A stretch of DNA of 36,968 nucleotides from a virus (IMGVR_UViG_3300007734_000644:1-36968); one strand, 5' to 3'; shown: positions 9,073 through 19,182, counted from the stretch's first letter. Made by a program: numbers and translations. Notes: generated by a model from the sequence alone, not told the origin.

Positions 9073-9500
9073 CCACTCGGGCAGGCGTGGGCCATTGGGT
9101 CGCAAAGCGGGTGCGTGGCGGGTATTTTGAGGGCCGATCTACCGCAATTGGCCTTGAGCGTGATGAAGAGCTTGTTGCTGGTGTGATCTACGAGAACTGG
9201 AACCACAAGAGCATCTGGTGTCACATTGCGGTTGAAGGAAGGCTTACGCCAAAGTACCTGGCGGCAATATTTGATTACCCGTTTAACGTGTGCCAAGTGG
9301 ACAAGATTATCGTGCCGGTTGGAAGCGAGAACGACGAGAGCTTAAGGCTGGTGAAAAAAATGGGTTTTGTCGAAGAAGGCAGAATCAAAGACGGTCGCCC
9401 GGACGGTGACATTGTATTTTTGACGCTGGCGCGGGATTCGTGCCGGTACACAGGAGAACGATATGGGAAAAGACTCACCCAGCCCGCCCGCTGCGCCTGA
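9057..9500 (+). CDS. GNAT-fold acetyltransferase-like protein
   Basis: N..SLRLVKKMGFVEEG motif; typical podovirus position after the nozzle gene. Confidence 0.7.
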   Translation: MGWNITTRAGVGHWVAKRVRGGYFEGRSTAIGLERDEELVAGVIYENWNHKSIWCHIAVEGRLTPKYLAAIFDYPFNVCQVDKIIVPVGSENDESLRLVKKMGFVEEGRIKDGRPDGDIVFLTLARDSCRYTGERYGKRLTQPARCA

Positions 9501-11448
9501 CTACGCTGGAGCGGCAACGGCCCAAGGTGCGGCGAACGTTGAAACTGCCCGTCTTCAGGGGCGGATGAACAATCCCAACATATCCGGCCCTCTTGGAAGC
9601 CAGACTGTAACTTTTGGGACGCCGAGTTTTGACCAGGCGAACTACGACAAAGCAATGTCGGCGTATCAAGCTAGCCCGCGTGGGGCGGTTCCGATGCAGA
9701 GCCAATTTTATACTCCAACCGGATACGACGATCAAAGCGTGTTCGATACCGCTGGCTACCAGAATGCAATGAACAAATGGGCGGCAGGAACGAACGCGCC
9801 CACAAGGGAGCAATACACAACTACCACGGGCGGCGACCAGCCAACGATTACGCAGACGTTGACCCCGCAAGCACAGCAGACGCTAGACGCTCAACAGCGC
9901 GTTCAGACCGCTCTGGCAGGGCTAGGCGAGCAAGGGCTAGGGACTGCCAGCCGAGTGCTCGGAACTGGGTTTAATCCAAACCTCGCGGGGCTTCAGACGA
10001 ACCTTGGCAACGCTGGGCAGATTTCTCAAGCGCCGGATCTGAGCAGATACGGTCAAGCAAGCGGAAACGTAAACGCGGGGCAGATTTCGCAAGCGCCTGA
10101 GCTTTCGCGGTACGGTATGGCTGGAGCGAACGTCAACGCGCAAGGCGTAAACGCAGGACCGCAAGCGGGACAGTACGGAATGTCGAGCGGCGGCCCGAGT
10201 GCTGGGCAATATGGATTTGCAGGTGGCCCGAGTGCTGGGCAATATGGATTTGCAAGCGGCGGTCTAAACACAAGCAACGTTGCCGCGATGCCGGTCAGCG
10301 CAGGAATGACGGGCCAAAACGCAATTATGAGCCGTCTGGCTCCGCAGCTAGAGAAGTCTGATGCAGCAATGCGACAGCGGCTTGCGAACCAAGGTCTGGT
10401 CGCTGGCGGCGAAGCGTATGAAAACGCCATGCTTTCGCAAAATCAGCAAAAGAACGACTTGCTAAGCCAGGCCGCTTTACAAGGGATCGGTCTGGATACT
10501 GCCGCAAACGCGCAAGGGTTTAACCAAGCATTGGCAGCGGGGCAATTTGGCAACCAAGCGGTTGGGCAAAACTTTGGGCAAGGTGTGACTGCCCAGCAAT
10601 TGCAAAACGCTGGCATTGCCCAGAATTTCGGGCAAGGACAAGCCGCAAACGCTGCACAAAATGCCGCCATTGGGCAGAATTTCAATCAAGGCTTGTCGGC
10701 TCAGCAAGCGCAAAACGCTGCGGCCCAACAGCTTTACAACCAAAATATGGGTGTGCAAGGCTTGCAGAATCAAGCAGTCGGTCAGAACCAGCAAGCCGCA
10801 TTGTCTCAGCAGCAAGCCCAGCTTGCCGCCCAGCAACAAGGGTTCGGGCAAAATGTTACGCAGCAGCAACTGGGCAACCAAGCTATTACCCAGAATCAGC
10901 AGGCTGCATTGCAGCAGCAGCAAGCCGCACTTGCCGCGCAGAATCAGCAATTCAACCAGTTGCTGCAAGGTGGTCAGTTTGGCAATACTGCTCAGCAACA
11001 AAGTTTGCAACAGCAGCTTGCGTTGCGTAATCAGCCGCTCAATGAGATCACCGGTCTCATGGGTGGATCGCAGATCCAGATGCCACAGTTTCAAGGCTAC
11101 CAAGGCAGCAACATCGCTGCGGCTCCGGTCATGGCAGGCGCACAGGCTGCTGGACAAGCGGCAATGGATCAGTACGGGATTCAATCCTCTAACGTAAACG
11201 CTCAAAATGCAGGGCTGTACAACCTCGCTGGTGCGGGGTTGATGGCGGCTAGGTTTAGCGACCGTCGATTGAAATCAAACATTGAACACGTTGGTACACA
11301 TCCGCTCGGAATCGGCATCTACGAATACGACATTTTCGGAAATCGTGAACGTGGCGTAATGGCTGACGAAGTTCTGAACGTGATGCCGAATGCCGTGTCG
11401 GTTCACCCGTCTGGATTTATGCAGGTTGACTACGGGATGCTGCAATGA
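9463..11448 (+). CDS. Gln/Gly-rich internal virion (ejection) protein with C-terminal peptidase S74-like domain
   Basis: MGK..P.PPAAPDY N-terminus; long Q/A/G/N repeats; C-terminal SDRRLKSNI motif. Confidence 0.7.
   Translation: MGKDSPSPPAAPDYAGAATAQGAANVETARLQGRMNNPNISGPLGSQTVTFGTPSFDQANYDKAMSAYQASPRGAVPMQSQFYTPTGYDDQSVFDTAGYQNAMNKWAAGTNAPTREQYTTTTGGDQPTITQTLTPQAQQTLDAQQRVQTALAGLGEQGLGTASRVLGTGFNPNLAGLQTNLGNAGQISQAPDLSRYGQASGNVNAGQISQAPELSRYGMAGANVNAQGVNAGPQAGQYGMSSGGPSAGQYGFAGGPSAGQYGFASGGLNTSNVAAMPVSAGMTGQNAIMSRLAPQLEKSDAAMRQRLANQGLVAGGEAYENAMLSQNQQKNDLLSQAALQGIGLDTAANAQGFNQALAAGQFGNQAVGQNFGQGVTAQQLQNAGIAQNFGQGQAANAAQNAAIGQNFNQGLSAQQAQNAAAQQLYNQNMGVQGLQNQAVGQNQQAALSQQQAQLAAQQQGFGQNVTQQQLGNQAITQNQQAALQQQQAALAAQNQQFNQLLQGGQFGNTAQQQSLQQQLALRNQPLNEITGLMGGSQIQMPQFQGYQGSNIAAAPVMAGAQAAGQAAMDQYGIQSSNVNAQNAGLYNLAGAGLMAARFSDRRLKSNIEHVGTHPLGIGIYEYDIFGNRERGVMADEVLNVMPNAVSVHPSGFMQVDYGMLQ
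10192..10254 (+). repeat. Perfect 30-nt tandem duplication (33-nt period)
   Basis: GGCCCGAGTGCTGGGCAATATGGATTTGCA at 10192-10221 and 10225-10254. Confidence 0.95.
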
Positions 11449-11690
11449 ACGAACTCTACAACTTCAATCCAGACGAGAAGCGCATGGCCCTGGCTGCGCT
11501 GTTGCAGAACTCAGCCAGCCCGTATCAGCGATACAAAGGGCCGATGGGTTCACCGTCATCTGCTGGCATGATGGGCGGATTGAGTGAAATGATGAAATAC
11601 ATGAAACGCTCACCGTATGAGCAAGCCCCTGTTGATGATAGGTCAACGATGTACGACCCCGCTTCGCAATACATGAATTACGAGGCTTGA
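11445..11690 (+). CDS. Small hypothetical protein, ejection cluster
   Basis: ATGA overlap; fills the gap between two large genes. Confidence 0.75.
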   Translation: MNELYNFNPDEKRMALAALLQNSASPYQRYKGPMGSPSSAGMMGGLSEMMKYMKRSPYEQAPVDDRSTMYDPASQYMNYEA

Positions 11691-11692
11691 AA

Positions 11693-13354
11693 ATGGCTGA
11701 TTACGGTATTCAAAACGCAACGCACTCCTTTAACTTGCCGAGTCCGTATCAAGCGGATCTGAACAAGCTCGCCCAGCAGCAGAAGATGGCTGAACTGCTT
11801 CAAGCGCAATCGCTTCAGCCGACTGAGCGATATAGCTACAAGGGCATCGAAGCGCGGAGTCCTGTGACTGCGGGCCTCGCAAAGATGCTGCAAGGCTTTA
11901 CTGCAATGCAGATGCAGGAAAAGGGGCTAGAGGAGCAGAAGGCGCTGGGCGAAAGGTATCAGTCCGAAGGGCAAGACGCTATTCGCCGCAGCCTTGAGGC
12001 GATGCAAGATACTCCTGCTCGTGCTGCTGTTCTTGACCCGCAAGAACGGGAACAAATGGCGGATCAAGGAACCCAAGCACCGGCACAAATTCCCGCTCAA
12101 AAAGCAGATCCGTATCGCGCTTTAGCCATTTCAATGAAACATCCTCTGGCCCAGCAAATCGTAGGGCCGATGGCTACTCAACGAATTGGAAGCCAGTTCG
12201 ATATGGATGCATTGACTCGCGCTCTACGCGACTACGGAAAACCGCAAGTAACAGCGCCAAGCACTCCTGACGCAACGCCAGGTGCTGCTGTTGGTTCTGG
12301 GACGGTGCTCGCTACCGATCAACCTCAAGCTGCCTCGCAAAGCCCGATTCCTTCGTGGATGCCGCCAACATCTTTGCTTGGTGCTGGCAAGTTTGGCCCT
12401 GAACTGTTTAAGGCATTGTCGGCTGCGAATAAACCATCTGACCTACAGCAACAACTTACTGCGGCTAAGATTCCGATAGATTCGCCTGAAGGAGTGCGGC
12501 GCGTCTTAGACCCCAGCGGTCGTTTGGCGGCTCAAGAAGCCACGTTGGTTGAATTTACCATTCCCGGTACAGATCAGAAGGTTCGCTTGCCGAATAACAT
12601 AGCCAGCGCCCTTGCTACGCAAACCGCGCCGGATGCGAAAACCGCAGAGCTTGCATCCAGCGTTGCGAATCGCATCGGGATGAAGGTAAATATCGGCGTT
12701 GGAACGCCGGGCGGCATTAACATGCAATCTCCCAAACCTCTCGGCGCGGCTGAACTCAAGGGCATGGAAAAAGGTGCGGAATCCACAATGGCAATGATTC
12801 CGAAAGAGCTTAGCGAATCGCTGGAAATAGCAAAAAATGCAGAAAAAAGGCATCAAACAATTCAGCAAATACATGGGGCGATTGAAACCAACAAAGCAAT
12901 CCTTGGTCCCGGAGCAACTGCGGCAACATGGCTGCAACGAGTAGGCGAATCTGCGTTTGGCCCCGGAAACAAAAAAAGCATGGTCGAAACTCAGCAAGTT
13001 ATCCAAGGGCTTTCTGATCTTGCTTTGTCTGGCGCTTCAACAATGCGAGGGCAAGGCGCAATCACAGAAGGCGAACGCGAGCTTTTGATGAAAGCAAAAT
13101 CTGGCGTACAAAATTTGCTTCCTTCTGAATTAAATGCGTTGTTAACCATATTTGATAAACAAGCGCGAAATGATGTTTCACAACATAACGAAAAAATGAA
13201 ACGCGCTGAAAAAGCTAAATTTCAAAACCTTGAATACTGGGGCAACGTTCCAGATTTACCGCCTCTGGGACAGCCAAAAGTCGGAACAAATTTTTCTCCT
13301 GCGGCAATTGAATTTATGCAGAAAAACAACATTCCTATACCGAGGGCGCAATGA
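11693..13354 (+). CDS. Internal virion / DNA ejection protein (putative)
   Basis: Helical Q/A-rich protein with GAITEGERELL motif; position in the ejection cluster. Confidence 0.6.
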   Translation: MADYGIQNATHSFNLPSPYQADLNKLAQQQKMAELLQAQSLQPTERYSYKGIEARSPVTAGLAKMLQGFTAMQMQEKGLEEQKALGERYQSEGQDAIRRSLEAMQDTPARAAVLDPQEREQMADQGTQAPAQIPAQKADPYRALAISMKHPLAQQIVGPMATQRIGSQFDMDALTRALRDYGKPQVTAPSTPDATPGAAVGSGTVLATDQPQAASQSPIPSWMPPTSLLGAGKFGPELFKALSAANKPSDLQQQLTAAKIPIDSPEGVRRVLDPSGRLAAQEATLVEFTIPGTDQKVRLPNNIASALATQTAPDAKTAELASSVANRIGMKVNIGVGTPGGINMQSPKPLGAAELKGMEKGAESTMAMIPKELSESLEIAKNAEKRHQTIQQIHGAIETNKAILGPGATAATWLQRVGESAFGPGNKKSMVETQQVIQGLSDLALSGASTMRGQGAITEGERELLMKAKSGVQNLLPSELNALLTIFDKQARNDVSQHNEKMKRAEKAKFQNLEYWGNVPDLPPLGQPKVGTNFSPAAIEFMQKNNIPIPRAQ

Positions 13355-15249
13355 AAGATCCGATCCTAGATCAGCTTAGACCCCTTGAGGCAGCAATTGA
13401 GGCGGCAGTTAATGCCAATAATCCTGCTCTTGTAAAAGAATACACACTTGCGATGCAACGGATTCTTGGCTCTAACAATCCTGAAATTACGAACACAGCA
13501 TTTCAGTCCAGCCAAGCGCGATTACCCGGTGATATTAGGGGCGAAATGAGGATTGAAACCCCTGTACAACAAGGTTATGCAGGGGCCGGTGCTGGTGCAA
13601 TGCGACTTGTGCAAGGGATAAAACAATTCTTTGGTGGAGATGTTTCCCCTCAAGAAATAGAGGAAAACAAAGCATTGCAAGAATCAACCATCCCCGCGCA
13701 AATTGGCGGCGGCATTGGTACTGCAATTCCTTTTTCAATATTGCCGGGACGAGTGGGCGCACAGGTTATTGCTCCAAGCATTCGCGCTGTTGGTGGGAAA
13801 GTCCCGTCTGCGTTGCAGTTGGGCAGAACTGGCACGGTTGCAGACGCTACCCTTACTGGTGGCGCATTGAGCGCAATTACAGAGCCGGGGAACTGGGAAG
13901 ACCGTTCTCGCGCTGCTGCTTTTGGTGCAGCAGGATCTGCTGTCCCAACCGGCATAACTGCATCTATGCAAGGCGCAAGAAGGCAAATAACAGGAACAGG
14001 TAGAGAAATTGGCATAGCAGAAAAAATAATCGAAGATGTTGGAACAGAAAAATCTAGAAAACTTGCAGAACTATTGTCAAACGATAATTATCCAGCGAGG
14101 GGATACGGGGTCAATCCAACCTCTGCAATGGTTTCAGGAAATCCCGAGCTAAAAGTATGGGAGCTTGGCTCTAGGACTAGAGAAGGCGGTTTGTGGTCGC
14201 CGGTTGATGTAGCAAACGCCCAAGCACGTTGGGAAGAATTAGCAAGAAGGGCAGACCCATCTGCAAATGCTGCTCTAAGAGCAGAAAGGGAAATAAAAAC
14301 AACAGCGTTGCGCGACGAAGCATTGAACGCTGGGGATATAACGTCTGCTATGGCAAATAGTGAAGGCGTTCCTTCTGGCGTTCTGCTGCCAATAAAACAA
14401 AAAATCAATGAACTGCGTACCGGAAGCACAAAGCCGAACCAAGATGTGCAACGCATGGCAAATTGGCTTGATGAAAATCTTGATAAAGTTACGCCAGGGC
14501 AATTGTACGAAGTTAGAAAATTGATGACAGAAAACATCCCCAAGGGGATGAACGACCAATTGGGCGCGTCTTTGAAAGGCGCGCGAGTTCAGCGCATGGA
14601 ATTGGTAAGGCTGATTGACGATGCGCTGGATACTGTAAGCGGCGGAAGCTATGGCGAGTACATGGCGAAATACAAGGCTTTGTCGCCAGAAATTGCGTCC
14701 GGTTCTGCATTGCAAAAGATTCAATCTAGCCTTAGAGGTGGCCTCGGAGAGGGTGTGGTTCCCCAGAGTATGGGCGCATCCCCTGCGCCAGCTACTGTAG
14801 GCAGGTTGGCAAAAAAAGAAGGGGAGAAAATGTTCGGAAGTAAAACTTTTGATCAATTGACTCCAACGGACAGGGCGTGGATAAACATCCTCCAGCAAGA
14901 CCTTGCAGATCAGGCTTCAAGCATGAAGGCGCAAGGCATGATTGGAAGCGCGACCGCAGGAAATGCTGCTGCGGCCCAAAGAGGGTCGAGTGCATTGGGA
15001 CGGGTAGCTAGGAGCGGGATTGCTTCATTGACACCGGCAGGAGCTATTGGTGGGGCTGCGGCAGAAACAATACTCGCAAAAATTTCTAAAATGAACGAGC
15101 AAGAGCTTGCAAGATTGTTGCAAAATCCAAAAGCATTAGCAGAGGCGTTAAAAAAAGCAGGACAAGGAGAAGAAATTATTCGCGCCGCAGGACAAACAGG
15201 TGGGGCAGGTCTTGCCCGCGTTCTTTCTGAAACTATGGATAGGAATTAA
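13351..15249 (+). CDS. Internal virion / DNA ejection protein (putative)
   Basis: Gly/Ala-rich GxxxG segments; position before the tail fibre. Confidence 0.6.
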   Translation: MKDPILDQLRPLEAAIEAAVNANNPALVKEYTLAMQRILGSNNPEITNTAFQSSQARLPGDIRGEMRIETPVQQGYAGAGAGAMRLVQGIKQFFGGDVSPQEIEENKALQESTIPAQIGGGIGTAIPFSILPGRVGAQVIAPSIRAVGGKVPSALQLGRTGTVADATLTGGALSAITEPGNWEDRSRAAAFGAAGSAVPTGITASMQGARRQITGTGREIGIAEKIIEDVGTEKSRKLAELLSNDNYPARGYGVNPTSAMVSGNPELKVWELGSRTREGGLWSPVDVANAQARWEELARRADPSANAALRAEREIKTTALRDEALNAGDITSAMANSEGVPSGVLLPIKQKINELRTGSTKPNQDVQRMANWLDENLDKVTPGQLYEVRKLMTENIPKGMNDQLGASLKGARVQRMELVRLIDDALDTVSGGSYGEYMAKYKALSPEIASGSALQKIQSSLRGGLGEGVVPQSMGASPAPATVGRLAKKEGEKMFGSKTFDQLTPTDRAWINILQQDLADQASSMKAQGMIGSATAGNAAAAQRGSSALGRVARSGIASLTPAGAIGGAAAETILAKISKMNEQELARLLQNPKALAEALKKAGQGEEIIRAAGQTGGAGLARVLSETMDRN

Positions 15250-15251
15250 TC

Positions 15252-16871
15252 ATGAGCTATAACGGCAGCGGTACGTTTCTCATCAACAGCGCGGGTCAGC
15301 CTGTTGTCCCCGGTACGACGATCACCACGACCGCGTTCAACGCGCTCACAGCGGATCTGGCCTCTGGACTAACCACAGCGATGACGAAGGACGGGCAGAC
15401 CGTCCCGACAGCCAATATCCCGATGGGCGGCTTTAAGCTCACCGGCCTGGGCGCTGGAACCTCGGCTACGGACGCGGCGCAATTCGGGCAGCTTCAGAAC
15501 GCTCCTGTCGCAACGCTAATAACGGTTGCAGGTGCTGACACGATTACCGGCACTCTAGTGCAGACGCTGACGGCTTATGCGACCGGGCAACAGTTTTCGT
15601 TCGTTGCTGCGGGTACTAACACGACTGCGGTTACGCTGAACATTGACGGCCTTGGTGCAAAAGCTGTCACCCGAACAGGTGCGGTTGCTCTGGCTGCTGG
15701 CGCTCTGGTTTCTGGTCAGATGGCAATCGTTGAATATGACGGGACGCGGTTTCAGCTAATCAACGCAAACGCTTTTACTAATTTGACGGTTTCGGGTGCG
15801 CTGACTGTTGGGACAACTTTAGCCGTCACCGGAGTCGCCACCCTAACCGCCCAGCCGATCCTGTCCTCGCTAACCGCATCGCAGGCTGTGTTCTCTGACG
15901 GCAGCAAGGGTCTTGTGTCGAACGCGATCACGGGCACCGGCTCGGTGATGATGAGCGCCTCCCCGACGACCACCGGCACTCTGACCGCTGCGGCGATCAA
16001 CGCCTCCGGTCTCGTAGCAATGGCAGGATCGGCTACGGTGGGGACTACCCTCGGCGTGACCGGCACCAGCACGATGGCGGCGATCAATGCTTCAGACGTA
16101 ATGACGATTAGCAAGACTAACTCGCTTGCTAATTTAACGTTACAGACGCTAGCCCTCGCAGATGGGTACGCTTCTCTGGCGCTAAAAAATCTTGGCGGCA
16201 GCGGCATTATTGCGATTTCTCGTTCGGCTGGTGGTGACATATTTACTGGGTCAACTCAGTACGCGCTAAACGTTGGCACATTGAATGCGTTTCCCTTAAT
16301 GCTTGGGACGAACGGGGTAACACGGCTGACCATTGATTCCGCAGGTGCCGTAACCATCCCCGGCACCCTCGGCGTGACGGGTTACGCAACAACGGACGCA
16401 TATTTTTGGTCTAAAGGGGTTGGAACCGCTGGAGGATTGTTTCTCGGTGCAGCAGGAGCACAAGCGGGGCAAATATCGCAAGCATCTAGTGGCGCGTCTT
16501 CAACCACCACTTATATCGGCAACCAGTCGATAACGACAATTTCTGATGCACGGTTAAAAGACAACATTGTTCCGACAACTCGCAATGCCCTTGACCTTCT
16601 AAATCAATGGGAAATTGTCGATCACACTTGGAACGACCCTAGCGATCAATGCGAAAACAACCGCAATATGCGCGGAGTGTGGACAGGGGCGATTGCTCAA
16701 CAGGTTCAGCCAATTACGCCGTGGCTGGTTAACAAACCGCTAACCGATGTTGATGAAAATGGCGAAATAAACACTTGGAGCGTGGACTATGGCTATGCCG
16801 TTCCGCTGCTTGTCAAAGCCATTCAAGAACTCGCCGCCGACTTCCAATCCTACAAAAACTCCCACCCGTAA
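15252..16871 (+). CDS. Tail fibre with C-terminal peptidase S74 chaperone domain
   Basis: MSYNGSGTF..N-terminus; T/G/A-rich repeats; SDARLKDNI and VPLLVKAIQEL motifs. Confidence 0.85.
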   Translation: MSYNGSGTFLINSAGQPVVPGTTITTTAFNALTADLASGLTTAMTKDGQTVPTANIPMGGFKLTGLGAGTSATDAAQFGQLQNAPVATLITVAGADTITGTLVQTLTAYATGQQFSFVAAGTNTTAVTLNIDGLGAKAVTRTGAVALAAGALVSGQMAIVEYDGTRFQLINANAFTNLTVSGALTVGTTLAVTGVATLTAQPILSSLTASQAVFSDGSKGLVSNAITGTGSVMMSASPTTTGTLTAAAINASGLVAMAGSATVGTTLGVTGTSTMAAINASDVMTISKTNSLANLTLQTLALADGYASLALKNLGGSGIIAISRSAGGDIFTGSTQYALNVGTLNAFPLMLGTNGVTRLTIDSAGAVTIPGTLGVTGYATTDAYFWSKGVGTAGGLFLGAAGAQAGQISQASSGASSTTTYIGNQSITTISDARLKDNIVPTTRNALDLLNQWEIVDHTWNDPSDQCENNRNMRGVWTGAIAQQVQPITPWLVNKPLTDVDENGEINTWSVDYGYAVPLLVKAIQELAADFQSYKNSHP

Positions 16872-16880
16872 GGACACACC

Positions 16881-17039
16881 GTGAGCGAAGAACTGAAAAC
16901 CGAACCGCAGGACATTGTGCAAGCCGTACAGATGCAGCGGGACACAGCTTTGAATGAGGTCGTGCATCTCCGTGCGCTGCTGGCTGCGGCTGGGCGTAGG
17001 ATTGATGAGTTGTCCAAACCCGTAGTCAAAGAAGAATGA
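16881..17039 (+). CDS. Small coiled-coil protein (52 aa)
   Basis: Read manually: SD AAGGA, GTG start, SEELKTEPQDIVQAVQMQRDTALNE...; stop overlaps next ATG. Confidence 0.65.
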   Translation: MSEELKTEPQDIVQAVQMQRDTALNEVVHLRALLAAAGRRIDELSKPVVKEE

Positions 17040-17206
17040 TGGCTACAACCAACGAACTCGACGTTCGCCTGACCTCGCATGAGGCTGTATGCGAACTGCG
17101 CTACGACACCATCAACGCCCGTCTGAAACGGATTGAACATATCGGCATCAGCGTTGCGGGTGCAATCATCCTCATGCTGCTGCACCTGACGATCAAAGGA
17201 CTATGA
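17039..17206 (+). CDS. Small membrane protein (coiled coil plus C-terminal TM), lysis-cassette type
   Basis: Read manually: MATTNELDVRLTSHEAVCELRY...IGISVAGAIILMLLHL. Confidence 0.75.
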   Translation: MATTNELDVRLTSHEAVCELRYDTINARLKRIEHIGISVAGAIILMLLHLTIKGL

Positions 17207-17748
17207 TGAAAAAGCTGCTCCTTCTCTTGCTGCTGCCGGTCAACGTGTTTGCCACAGAACTGATGATCTGCAACGGCGAGTTCGCCTTGTGCGCGGCCTC
17301 TGCCAGCGTCCCGACCGGCAAGACAATCCGCGTCGAGGGAAAGGAATTCCAAGAGGGCATGGCGGTCTGTCCGGTGCTGACCGGCAAAGCCGTAGCCAAC
17401 GGCAAACTAATGCAGGGTAGCTGCAAGGCCCCGGCTGGCAAAGTTTGGTCGCTGTTCTCAACCGTCACCGAGTACCCGCAAGCGCCCAGTTGGGCGGTTG
17501 TGCCGATGACCCCGCGATCGTTTGTGACCTCTACTGAACCCGGTGGCGGCATGAGCAACCAATGGTCGTTCCTGTGCGACAAGCAAGCAAAGAAAGTAAA
17601 CAACGTGCAGCTTGCCAACTGCTACGGCCCGATCAACGAATCACCGTGGAATAACGGTCATGTAGCACCAGGCACAACCGCGTTCACCGCCGCGCCGGTT
17701 GGAGCCGCAAACCCCGTTGGCGGCGACATTGCATTCAAAGGAAAATAA
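17203..17748 (+). CDS. Exported Cys-rich protein
   Basis: Signal peptide MKKLLLLLLLPVNVFA; six Cys in the mature part. Confidence 0.8.
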   Translation: MMKKLLLLLLLPVNVFATELMICNGEFALCAASASVPTGKTIRVEGKEFQEGMAVCPVLTGKAVANGKLMQGSCKAPAGKVWSLFSTVTEYPQAPSWAVVPMTPRSFVTSTEPGGGMSNQWSFLCDKQAKKVNNVQLANCYGPINESPWNNGHVAPGTTAFTAAPVGAANPVGGDIAFKGK

Positions 17749-17750
17749 TC

Positions 17751-17921
17751 ATGGGCTGGCTCAGAAAACGGTTTGGCGAGGCAAGCACGATGGCGGGTCT
17801 GGGAGTGGTTGCGATGGTCGTGATCCCGATGGTGCCGGTACAGTACCAAATGCTGGCGCAAGGGCTGGCGGTGGCGCTGGGTCTTGGCGGCGCGGTTAAG
17901 GCCGATCCCGGCAACAAGTGA
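17751..17921 (+). CDS. Putative holin (56 aa, two hydrophobic segments)
   Basis: Read manually: MGWLRKRFGEASTMAGLGVVAMVVIP...LAVALGLGGAV; GTGA overlap with the endolysin. Confidence 0.7.
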   Translation: MGWLRKRFGEASTMAGLGVVAMVVIPMVPVQYQMLAQGLAVALGLGGAVKADPGNK

Positions 17922-18349
17922 CCCCGCACTTCAGCTTAGCTGAACTAACCCGCACCGACCATCGGACACTCGACAACACTCCAGATCCCGCCGCCCTAGC
18001 CAATCTGCACCGGCTGGCGGCGTTCCTCGAGCAAGTTCGGGAGGTGCTAGGCGGCAGGGTGGTGGTAATCAACTCTGCCTTCCGCAGCAAAGCGGTCAAT
18101 GATGCCGTAGGAAGCTCTGACAGGAGCCAGCACAGGCTTGGTTGCGCCGCCGATATCAGAGTGCCGGGGATGAGTCCTGACGCTGTGGTGAGGGCTGTAC
18201 GGGCCTCTGGGCTGTCTTATGACCAATTGATCAAAGAGTTTGACAGCTGGACGCATATCAGCATCCCCGCTCTGCCGGCAGAACCCCGGCACATGGCGCT
18301 GATTATCGACAAAACCGGGACGCGTTTATTCCCCGCTGATCTGGCGTAA
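17918..18349 (+). CDS. Endolysin, peptidase M15 family
   Basis: HFSLAEL, NSAFRS..VN.AVG, SQH..G.AAD and WTHIS zinc-peptidase motifs. Confidence 0.92.
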   Translation: MTPHFSLAELTRTDHRTLDNTPDPAALANLHRLAAFLEQVREVLGGRVVVINSAFRSKAVNDAVGSSDRSQHRLGCAADIRVPGMSPDAVVRAVRASGLSYDQLIKEFDSWTHISIPALPAEPRHMALIIDKTGTRLFPADLA

Positions 18350-18386
18350 AAAAATGGCGGCTGACCTGTGCAAGAGCCAGCCGCCA
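18348..18386 (-). terminator. Intrinsic terminator of the leftward operon
   Basis: TGGCGGCTG/CAGCCGCCA stem followed on the minus strand by T7, at the convergence of the two arms. Confidence 0.75.
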
Positions 18387-18421
18387 AAACGCAGCGGGTG
18401 ATAGGAGCAGATCCCGCAACG

Positions 18422-18736
18422 TCAAATCAAAGCAATGCCAATGCTGGCGACCAGGCACAGGACAAACATCATCCAAAGCATCCAATCGGGCCACGGTTTC
18501 ACGCGGCGCTCCCACTTTGCAATAGTAGCCACATCCTCGCGCAGTCCGTCGATCAATTCATTGGGAACTAGCAGGCCGTTTTCCTTAAGCGCCTCCAAAC
18601 GAGCAAGGAACGAAGGTAAGTCTGGATCGTTGTATGCCCACGGTGGCCCTTTGTCCGAAACCATTGTCGTGTATCCGCCAGAAACATCTGCATAGCAATA
18701 CACATCGCAGTCCTCCGTCCAACGTGCGTAACTCAT
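18422..18736 (-). CDS. Hypothetical protein with C-terminal TM
   Basis: ATGA overlap; MSYARW..DCDVYCY N-terminus. Confidence 0.75.
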   Translation of the reverse strand: MSYARWTEDCDVYCYADVSGGYTTMVSDKGPPWAYNDPDLPSFLARLEALKENGLLVPNELIDGLREDVATIAKWERRVKPWPDWMLWMMFVLCLVASIGIALI

Positions 18737-19182
18737 TTGTTGTTCCCATCGCGTAGGGGAGCGCTCGTACAGGCTCCGCAGGTGCAGACGTACCGCCCTT
18801 CGGCGAGGGACGCGGTGCGGTCATAGCCGTGATCGACCGGCGCTCTTTCTTCCACGGGGGCCGCTTGCGCGTAGAGCGGCACCAACGCGAGGTTGTTGCG
18901 TTCCGCCAACGCCTCTGCTTGCGGCAAATTCATCGTCGCGTCAGAATGAATACGCCCTGCGCGGGGATCGTCGTACCCAACGCACCACGCTACTGGCTCT
19001 CCCGTTGCGGATGGGGCGCATGGGGCGCATGGCATCGTTGTCGCCGCCCGAAGTTTCTCCAGCAGGTCGGCGTTCTCGCGCTCAAGGGTACGGGCAAAAT
19101 CGGCAGACACAACCTCGTCAATATCGCCGTCGAGCCGCTCCATCCTGACCGTTGCGGCATCCGTTCTCGGCGTGTTGCTCAT
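18733..19182 (-). CDS. Hypothetical phage protein
   Basis: MSNTPRTDA...FARTLERE and EPVAW...PLY motifs common in phage early ORFs. Confidence 0.8.
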   Translation of the reverse strand: MSNTPRTDAATVRMERLDGDIDEVVSADFARTLERENADLLEKLRAATTMPCAPCAPSATGEPVAWCVGYDDPRAGRIHSDATMNLPQAEALAERNNLALVPLYAQAAPVEERAPVDHGYDRTASLAEGRYVCTCGACTSAPLRDGNNK

